Shown piece after piece: positions 57,612 to 64,000 of a DNA stretch of 64,000 bases (position 1 is its first letter; each line of letters opens with the position of its first letter). The notes under the pieces are model-generated. The model saw only the letters and a program-made list of their open reading frames with translations, ran no database searches and was not told the origin of the DNA. The stretch is from contig CAZEEU010000001.1 of the NCBI GenBank assembly GCA_964511305.1, positions 53,957 through 117,956 on the forward strand, in the 5' to 3' direction. This DNA is from an uncultured Gammaproteobacteria bacterium (GTDB taxonomy: Bacteria; Patescibacteriota; Microgenomatia; Levybacterales; GWA1-39-11). The position numbers and the translations under genes were made by a program.

Positions 57612-58697
57612 CTACGTAAGTGACTCGTGCTCTGTACCTGAAAGACTTTCTACAAGTTTTTTAATTTTCGGAACCGAGTCTTTCGGACAAACAAGAACAA
57701 CGTCGTCTGTATTTATAACTAAGTACCCTGCAAGATCGATTCCCACAACTAGTTGATTTGTGTAGTTGAATACCAAGCTGTCGCTTGAATCCTCAATCAT
57801 AACTTTTCCTTTAGTGACATTCTCCTCCTCCGAATTGCTAAGAGCCTCTTTGAGGGCTTCCCATGCACCAATATCACTCCAGCCTATATCTACGGATAAT
57901 ACTCTTCCATAACTAACATCCATCTTTTCCAAAATTGCATTGTCAAAAGATATTTTTTCAATTTGAGGATATACTCGAGCCAGAACCTCCGGATAGCCAG
58001 GGGTGTCTGCTGCCTCGTAAATCTCATTCAGTCTAACGTGTAGATCACCAGCGTAACGCTCAAACAAACTCCATAAGAATTTAGGGGTTGTTACAAAGTA
58101 TCCGAGATTCCATGCATGATGACCATCTTTTACAAAACGTTCTGCTGTTGATAAATGAGGACGGTACTGAAAACCTGTAAACGAGAATACAGGAAGACCA
58201 TTATAATTTCCTGTCTCATGTCCGAATTCTATATAACCTAAATTCTGATTTGCAAAACGAGGCTTTTGTCCAACAAAAACAATTGTTTCGGCATTTTCAT
58301 TTACGATCTGCTCTGCAGAACGAAGAGCTTTTCTAAATTCTTCTTCATTCTTTACTAAATGATCACTTCCCCAAAGAATGGCAAAGGGCTCATCTGGAAA
58401 TTTCTTAGCAAAAAGTGCCGTAACGAGTCCAACCGCAGGGCCCACATCTCTCATTTCTGGTTCTACAAGGATGTTATCTGCTGGAAGTTGCGGAAGTTGC
58501 TCTCTAACAATTGACTCGTAATGCGTCCCTGTGGATATATAAATGTCATTCCATGAAAATTCTGGAAATAACTTAGCAACGGCAATCTGAAGCATTGATT
58601 GGTCACCTACAATCTTTTCAAATTGTTTTGGTGCACTTTTTCGAGATAGTGGCCACAAGCGTGTTCCTACCCCTCCTGCAAAAATAACTACCTTCAT
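57612..58697 (-). CDS. mannose-1-phosphate guanylyltransferase (GDP-mannose pyrophosphorylase), no cupin domain
   Basis: GGVGTRLWPLSRKSAPKQF, the N-terminal motif of ManC/CpsB-type nucleotidyltransferases. Confidence 0.75.
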   Translation of the reverse strand: MKVVIFAGGVGTRLWPLSRKSAPKQFEKIVGDQSMLQIAVAKLFPEFSWNDIYISTGTHYESIVREQLPQLPADNILVEPEMRDVGPAVGLVTALFAKKFPDEPFAILWGSDHLVKNEEEFRKALRSAEQIVNENAETIVFVGQKPRFANQNLGYIEFGHETGNYNGLPVFSFTGFQYRPHLSTAERFVKDGHHAWNLGYFVTTPKFLWSLFERYAGDLHVRLNEIYEAADTPGYPEVLARVYPQIEKISFDNAILEKMDVSYGRVLSVDIGWSDIGAWEALKEALSNSEEENVTKGKVMIEDSSDSLVFNYTNQLVVGIDLAGYLVINTDDVVLVCPKDSVPKIKKLVESLSGTEHESLT

Positions 58698-59824
58698 ATG
58701 TATTTATGGTTCTTTAAAAAAGAAAGCGTGGCTTTTTTGAACTTTTCTTCAGAAAAACGCCGCGCATTTTTTTGACATTCCCTACCATTATAACGACTGT
58801 CGTCAAAATTTATCAATATGTCACATAGAGACTGTACATTTTGCTTCTTAAAGAAAATGCCGGTTCTCCCATCAATAACGATCTCGCTTGCCCCACCTTT
58901 ATTCATAGCAATGACTGGTTTTCCTGCAATTTGTACCTCAACCATTGTGATACCGAAGTCTTCAATTCCCGGGAAAATCAACGCCCTACAGTTCTTGTAA
59001 TAAGAAATCAGAAGATCATCCTCTACTCTACCTTTAAATATTACAGTCTCCCCGGCGATTGCTTCCAAGCGTTCCATCTCTGACCCTTCTCCTATAACAA
59101 CTAGCGGAAGCTTAAGCTTAGTGCACGCTTTTACAGCAAGATCAATTCTTTTATAGTCAACAAGCCTAGACACCACAAGAAAATAATCTTTTTCCGAAAT
59201 ATTTATGCTCGTATTTTGGTTCTTAAATAACCTATCCGAAGGAGGATAGATTATTTCACTATCTCTTTTATAGTATTTGCGAATACGATCTTGGACTGTT
59301 TTTGAGATAGCTATCATTTGATCCGGTCTTTTTGAAGCAAGAAGATCCCATTTTTTTAAGTACCAAATTGCTGGTTTGGCAAGATATCTTAAAAATGGAT
59401 TTTTGAAATAACCCTCATAGCCACTCCACAAATACCTGGTGGGTGTAAGGCATATACAAACATGATTTACATGTGGTGGAACAATTATTCCCTTTGAAGC
59501 TTCGCTCGTCACAGAGATAACAAGATCAAAATCATTGAATCGGAATGATTCAAACGCAATAGGCATGAGATAGGGGATAATTTCATGATGTGTTTTTAGT
59601 ATTGGAAAATGTTGAAGAAATGAAGTTCTTACAGTAAATTTCTTAGACCAAGGAGCTCTTTTGCGATCATAAACTGAAGTGTAGAGAATAGAGTTGGGGA
59701 ATAAGTCTTTAATCGATTCAAGAACACGCTCTGCTCCACCGATTTTATTTACCCTGTCATACACTATTGCAACTTTCATATAGGTTAATTGTCTTACTAA
59801 CTGCATCCTTCCATGAAAACTCAC
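58694..59824 (-). CDS. GT4 family glycosyltransferase
   Basis: C-terminus GITMVEVQIAGKPVIAMNKGGASEIVIDGRTGIFF. The likely start is the internal MKVAIVYD at 59779. Confidence 0.7.
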   Translation of the reverse strand: MSFHGRMQLVRQLTYMKVAIVYDRVNKIGGAERVLESIKDLFPNSILYTSVYDRKRAPWSKKFTVRTSFLQHFPILKTHHEIIPYLMPIAFESFRFNDFDLVISVTSEASKGIIVPPHVNHVCICLTPTRYLWSGYEGYFKNPFLRYLAKPAIWYLKKWDLLASKRPDQMIAISKTVQDRIRKYYKRDSEIIYPPSDRLFKNQNTSINISEKDYFLVVSRLVDYKRIDLAVKACTKLKLPLVVIGEGSEMERLEAIAGETVIFKGRVEDDLLISYYKNCRALIFPGIEDFGITMVEVQIAGKPVIAMNKGGASEIVIDGRTGIFFKKQNVQSLCDILINFDDSRYNGRECQKNARRFSEEKFKKATLSFLKNHKYI

Positions 59825-60848
59825 GAGATCTTTCGCGTGCCTTATCTACCAATTCACTTCGTCTCTTTTGGTCTGTAAGAAGCAAATGTATTTTTTCCTC
59901 AAGCTCTTTATGATTTTTGGGGTCAAAATACAGAACTGCATCCCCACCAATTTCTTTGAGGGCAGGAGTATTAGAACTTATAACCGGGCAGGAAAGACTC
60001 ATCGCTTCAAGAAGGGGCAAACCAAACCCTTCCATGAGGCTTGGCATTACAAAAAGACTTGCGCTCTTATAATAGTCGAAAAGTTCTTTGTCATCAACAT
60101 TATGTAAAAAATGAATTCCGGGAGCTTTCTTAAGTCTCTTATAAAAGAAATCCTCACGACCTATACAAATCAACTCGATATCAGGATTTCTTTTTCGTAA
60201 CAGTGAAAAAGCCTCAAAAAGTACTGTAATATTTTTATGGGGATATGCATTTCCTACATAAAGAATATACTTGTTTGTCGTTATAAGCTTCGTGTTTCCG
60301 CTCCCAGAAATGGCATCATCGAACCCCTCATAAATTACTTCAATCTTTGAAGGATTTGCTTTGTAGTGATCGATGATTTCCTTTTTAGTTGCTGTTGACG
60401 GAACAATAATTTTTTTTGCATCTCTAACTGATGATGCAATAATTTTTTTATAACCAAAATGCTTGAGTTTGTAGACGGGAACAGGCAATGAACTTGCTAC
60501 ACCTGTTGGAAAGTGATCGATTATTAGGTCGTGAATTGTTATAACAAAAGGCCTATTGTAAAAAACGGGGTAAGAAAAGTAGGTAAAATGCATAAGATCT
60601 ACATTTTCACGCTCAATTTCTTCTTTAAATTTCCATTGCTCAGATAATGTATGCCAATGGGAAGTTGAAATCACTTTTTTAATATTCGGATTTTTAAAGG
60701 TAACTTTATTGTATGTATCTTTGGTTAAAAAAATGATGTAGGAGTCAGTGGTCTTTAGCAAATCAATTCCGTTCACTAAATTCCTTATGTATCGCCCTAC
60801 GCCACTCTCATTCCAAAGCCTTCCGTCAATCCCGATCTTTTTTGACAT
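59757..60848 (-). CDS. GT4 family glycosyltransferase
   Basis: EGFGLPLLEAMSLSCPVISSNTPALKEIGGDAVLYFDP. Confidence 0.75.
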   Translation of the reverse strand: MSKKIGIDGRLWNESGVGRYIRNLVNGIDLLKTTDSYIIFLTKDTYNKVTFKNPNIKKVISTSHWHTLSEQWKFKEEIERENVDLMHFTYFSYPVFYNRPFVITIHDLIIDHFPTGVASSLPVPVYKLKHFGYKKIIASSVRDAKKIIVPSTATKKEIIDHYKANPSKIEVIYEGFDDAISGSGNTKLITTNKYILYVGNAYPHKNITVLFEAFSLLRKRNPDIELICIGREDFFYKRLKKAPGIHFLHNVDDKELFDYYKSASLFVMPSLMEGFGLPLLEAMSLSCPVISSNTPALKEIGGDAVLYFDPKNHKELEEKIHLLLTDQKRRSELVDKARERSREFSWKDAVSKTINLYESCNSV

Positions 60849-60852
60849 ATAA

Positions 60853-61731
60853 TTAGGCAGTTTTCCTTTTCAGCTTGATACCCAGCTTGACCAAAGCTGT
60901 AACGAAAAAAGGATACGAATCTTTATAGTGTTTGTCATAAAAAATTTCCATTGCCCTAAATCTATGATGGGTTGCAAATTTTCTTGTTTCAGCCGATGCC
61001 TTTGTGACATTTTGGGATACTTTTTTAATGCCACTTGATATCCCTTTCATATGAAGAGCTCTAAATTCAGGCACAAAATATATTTTGTAACCTTTATGCT
61101 TAACGGTGTAGCAGAAGTCTATATCCTCACCATAAAAGAAATAATCCTCATCCCACCATCCTATTTCCTCACCCACATTACGTGGAACTAGCATGAAAGA
61201 TCCTGCAGCAGCTTCAATTTCATGGGTTTTTGTAAGGTCTAGATATGTTAGGTTGTATCCCGCAAATATTTTACTTTTAGGAAAAGCTTTTGAAAGACCA
61301 GTGAAGTGACTGAACGCTCTCCACGGTGTTGGAAAACCTCTGTGAGCCGAGTCGTCCAATGATCCATCGGGTAATTCAACAAAGCATGTAGATACACCAC
61401 ATTGCGGATTTTCTTTCATAAAATCCAGCATGCCATCAATTGTACCTTTGTAAACTTTTGTATCAGGATTGAGAAAAAGCACATACTTTCCTTTTGATTT
61501 AACAACTGCGCGATTATTGCCCTTTGAAAAGCCTAGATTGTCTTCATTCTGAAAGTAAATGACATTCTCTTTGTACTGTTTCTTAACAAGATCTTTCGTA
61601 TTGTCATTTCTACTATTGTCAGAAATTAAGATCTCGTAACTGTGTTTTTTAACAGTATCGATAACAGAGTTAATACAATCTGTAATTGTTTGCTCCGAGT
61701 TGTAAGCTACTATAATTATTGAGACATCCAT
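60853..61731 (-). CDS. GT2 family glycosyltransferase
   Basis: MDVSIIIVAYNSEQTI...ISDNSRND and the ED/DxD region. Confidence 0.75.
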   Translation of the reverse strand: MDVSIIIVAYNSEQTITDCINSVIDTVKKHSYEILISDNSRNDNTKDLVKKQYKENVIYFQNEDNLGFSKGNNRAVVKSKGKYVLFLNPDTKVYKGTIDGMLDFMKENPQCGVSTCFVELPDGSLDDSAHRGFPTPWRAFSHFTGLSKAFPKSKIFAGYNLTYLDLTKTHEIEAAAGSFMLVPRNVGEEIGWWDEDYFFYGEDIDFCYTVKHKGYKIYFVPEFRALHMKGISSGIKKVSQNVTKASAETRKFATHHRFRAMEIFYDKHYKDSYPFFVTALVKLGIKLKRKTA

Positions 61732-62888
61732 ACATTAAGAAGACTTTGACCTATTTTATCCCATGAGTAATATTTGTCTATCAGAGTTCTGGCATTGACA
61801 GCTAGTTTCTCTCTCAATTTTCCATCTCCATACAAAATATTTATCTGCTCTGCATACTCCTGACCGGTTACAGCACTTAAGAAATGCTCTCCTGGTATCG
61901 CTCTAAGTCCTGATAATCGTTCCGGCTGTGCAATAATTGGTACCCCCAAAGACATTGCCTCCAGCACTTTAAAGTTGGTACCCCCACCAATTCTAATCGG
62001 GAACACTAAAGCGTCAGCATCCCTATATTCTGCGATGATATCCTCAACAAAATCTTTCATTATGATCCTCTTATCATCAAAATTAAATTTATCATTACAT
62101 TTTTTCCCAATAATAGTAAGAGTCACATCATCTCTTATTTTTGGAAATGCCTCCTTGTAAAAAAATTCAATTGCCTCAACGTTTGGAAAGTAGCTAAAAT
62201 TTCCAACAAAAAGAATGTTCTTTTTAATCGACCTATCATATTTATATGAATATGTTGAAGGCTCGATGCCGTTTGCAACAACTTTTGGTGTTACTTTTGT
62301 AAGCACCTTAAGAAAATCAGACTCTTCCTCTGTTATTGTCGTAACCTCATCTGCTAATTTCACCATTTCAAGCTCTTCTTTTTTAAGTCTGTCTGCCTGA
62401 TAAGAAATAAATGGCCGTATATATGGCTTTTTAAAAGACTTTGCGTAGTCAAAATAAAGTCTAAATTCTATATTTTCAGTACCTAGTATTTGCTTAACAT
62501 TTAGTTTTTTTAATTCTTGTCCAATGTAGTAGCCTGTATATGAAGACTCGAAATGAACAACGTCGATCTTCTCTTTCTTTATATAATCTTTGATATCAGA
62601 AAGAACCTCTTTATTAAAGTACAATGTCTTAAAAATTGAAGAGTTATGAAAGAGAGTCTTTGGAAAATTTGAAAATGAAGAAAGTTTTTTTCTTTTAACA
62701 ACCCGTATTCCTTTTACCCCAATTTTTGAAAGTTCTTCGTTATGCTCGGGATTATAGTCGTCTCTTACAAATGAAAGAAGAAAAATATTTGCTTTTGAAG
62801 ACGTATGTTTTATTAAGTGGTAAGCTCTATTTTTTCCACCTGAGTTAGTTGGATAAGGGAAATCGTATGTTACAAACAAGACGTTCAT
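61716..62888 (-). CDS. GT4 family glycosyltransferase
   Basis: N-terminus MNVLFVTYDFPYPTNSGG and C-terminus FPIRIGGGTNFKVLEAMSLGVPII. Confidence 0.7.
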   Translation of the reverse strand: MNVLFVTYDFPYPTNSGGKNRAYHLIKHTSSKANIFLLSFVRDDYNPEHNEELSKIGVKGIRVVKRKKLSSFSNFPKTLFHNSSIFKTLYFNKEVLSDIKDYIKKEKIDVVHFESSYTGYYIGQELKKLNVKQILGTENIEFRLYFDYAKSFKKPYIRPFISYQADRLKKEELEMVKLADEVTTITEEESDFLKVLTKVTPKVVANGIEPSTYSYKYDRSIKKNILFVGNFSYFPNVEAIEFFYKEAFPKIRDDVTLTIIGKKCNDKFNFDDKRIIMKDFVEDIIAEYRDADALVFPIRIGGGTNFKVLEAMSLGVPIIAQPERLSGLRAIPGEHFLSAVTGQEYAEQINILYGDGKLREKLAVNARTLIDKYYSWDKIGQSLLNVWMSQ

Positions 62889-64000
62889 AGTGATGATAAT
62901 ATTTTCCCATCTTGTTTGCAGAGTCGTAGATCGACTATTACATATGAAGATGTTTTTTGTACAATATCACATTTTTGCATCCAATAATTTGTTACATCGT
63001 CAAAATTTACTGATACTAAATGCGTTGCTCCTTCGGAGATATATTTTTCAATCTTGTCTCCGCCAAATGTATATCCATGTCTATTTGTCTGATACAAAAA
63101 AGCCGAATCATTGTCATATGGTGCAATAACGATGGCATTCTTTGGAAGTAATTTATCAACTGCTTTTCCGGCCTCAACTATTTCGGGGTGATTTATATTG
63201 TAGTACCCTCTCACCTCATACCATCCAAACGCAAGCATCAGAGCAACCAATGCTAAGGCGACACTAATATTAATAATCCGACTTATATAATTTTGGCCGT
63301 GAGTTACAAGATAATCAAAACCCAAAGCCATCATAATGCACCCAATCGGCACTATTGGCAATTGATAGTAGTCATGAGTTACATTACCTCGAGCTATAAC
63401 TACAAAAAATCCTAAGATTGCTACAAGCCACAAAATATATAAGTATCCCTCTTTTTTTGTCGTAGATTTTACAATTCCTAAAAAGAAAAGCACGAAGCCT
63501 CCTGTTGCAAAAATGAGCTTATTCATGCGTTCAAAAACCAACCATCTAAAATAAGCGCCTGTAAATCTTATATTGCCCTGGTTATACAACCAGTCGGTTC
63601 CAAACATGCCTTCTGGGTACTGATTGATATGATGTCTCCATAACAGAAAAGGGATTATAGAGATAAGAAGAAATGCATATACGCTCCATTTAGTAACCGA
63701 TCTTACACCCCATCTTCTTATTATTAAGTAAGCAAATGGCAAAAGAAGTACGAGTGCATAGGGTTTTGTGAGTATCGCCAATGCGAAAGCAATTGAAGCG
63801 GCACCCATCAGGAAAATGTTATTTTTCTCAAGCCATTTTGAAACAAGATACAGTGAAGCAATTCCAAAGAATATATAAAGTGGATCTGCCATAGTAACCC
63901 GACCGTAATAGACATTGTATGGAAGCACTGCAAAAAAGAAGGAGGCACCTAAAGCAACTCTTTTATTTGAATAATGCGAAACCAGTAAATACAAGAGAGG
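62885..64000 (-). CDS. GT-C fold (ArnT/PMT-like) membrane glycosyltransferase, partial (N-terminus beyond window end)
   Basis: Multi-TM protein, then a C-terminal soluble domain. The reading frame stays open upstream of the Met at 63994 to the window edge. Confidence 0.45.
   Translation of the reverse strand, partial: PLLYLLVSHYSNKRVALGASFFFAVLPYNVYYGRVTMADPLYIFFGIASLYLVSKWLEKNNIFLMGAASIAFALAILTKPYALVLLLPFAYLIIRRWGVRSVTKWSVYAFLLISIIPFLLWRHHINQYPEGMFGTDWLYNQGNIRFTGAYFRWLVFERMNKLIFATGGFVLFFLGIVKSTTKKEGYLYILWLVAILGFFVVIARGNVTHDYYQLPIVPIGCIMMALGFDYLVTHGQNYISRIINISVALALVALMLAFGWYEVRGYYNINHPEIVEAGKAVDKLLPKNAIVIAPYDNDSAFLYQTNRHGYTFGGDKIEKYISEGATHLVSVNFDDVTNYWMQKCDIVQKTSSYVIVDLRLCKQDGKILSSL

Overview
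This 64 kb window is gene-dense (roughly 90% coding) and AT-rich, and it is bacterial. It carries bacterial-only ribosomal proteins L21 and L27, FtsA/FtsZ, MraY/MurG, ParB and RecO. Several traits fit a reduced-genome CPR/Patescibacteria-type organism: eukaryote/archaeal-type (type 2) IleRS and alpha2-type GlyRS, a reduced division/cell-wall (dcw) cluster, a DUF4012 envelope protein, and many glycosyltransferases. That taxonomic placement is inference only. No rRNA, tRNA, CRISPR array, transposase or integrase was found.

Layout of the window:
- 1-15.1 kb: a surface-glycan biosynthesis cluster. It holds a C-methyltransferase fragment, a CDP-sugar-type epimerase, a Wzx-like flippase, GT2 and GT4 enzymes, a GT2-GT-C fusion and two YfhO-like giant membrane proteins.
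- 15.2-27.8 kb: a housekeeping block with lepB, parB, rpmA, rplU, a SEDS protein, ileS, a polysaccharide deacetylase, a Cas4-like Fe-S nuclease, an acyltransferase, rluB, a PfkB kinase and ahcY.
- 27.9-31.7 kb: a MacAB-like HlyD/ABC exporter plus a small Gly-rich secreted protein.
- 31.7-36.4 kb: a seven-gene minus-strand block of mostly uncharacterised proteins, starting immediately downstream of ftsZ. Three have recognisable folds (cytochrome b5-like, HAD, DUF45/YgjP). This is the best candidate here for an undescribed system.
- 36.5-51.8 kb: the dcw cluster in the order mraZ, rsmH, ftsL-like, ftsI, murE, murC, murA, split glmU, mraY, ftsW, murG, ftsQ-like, ftsA, ftsZ. murD, murF and ddl are not in it.
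- 52.0-57.0 kb: two small convergent unknown ORFs, glyS, recO and a DUF4012 protein.
- 57.0-64.0 kb: a second glycan cluster with a PglC-like priming transferase, a GDP-mannose pyrophosphorylase, three GT4, one GT2 and a partial GT-C.

Non-coding highlights:
- A 189 bp composite tandem repeat lies upstream of ileS.
- Three hairpin-containing repeat units lie between the ftsQ-like gene and ftsA.
- MraZ-box-like direct repeats lie upstream of mraZ.
- Several promoters sit so close to their start codons that the mRNAs would be leaderless or nearly so.
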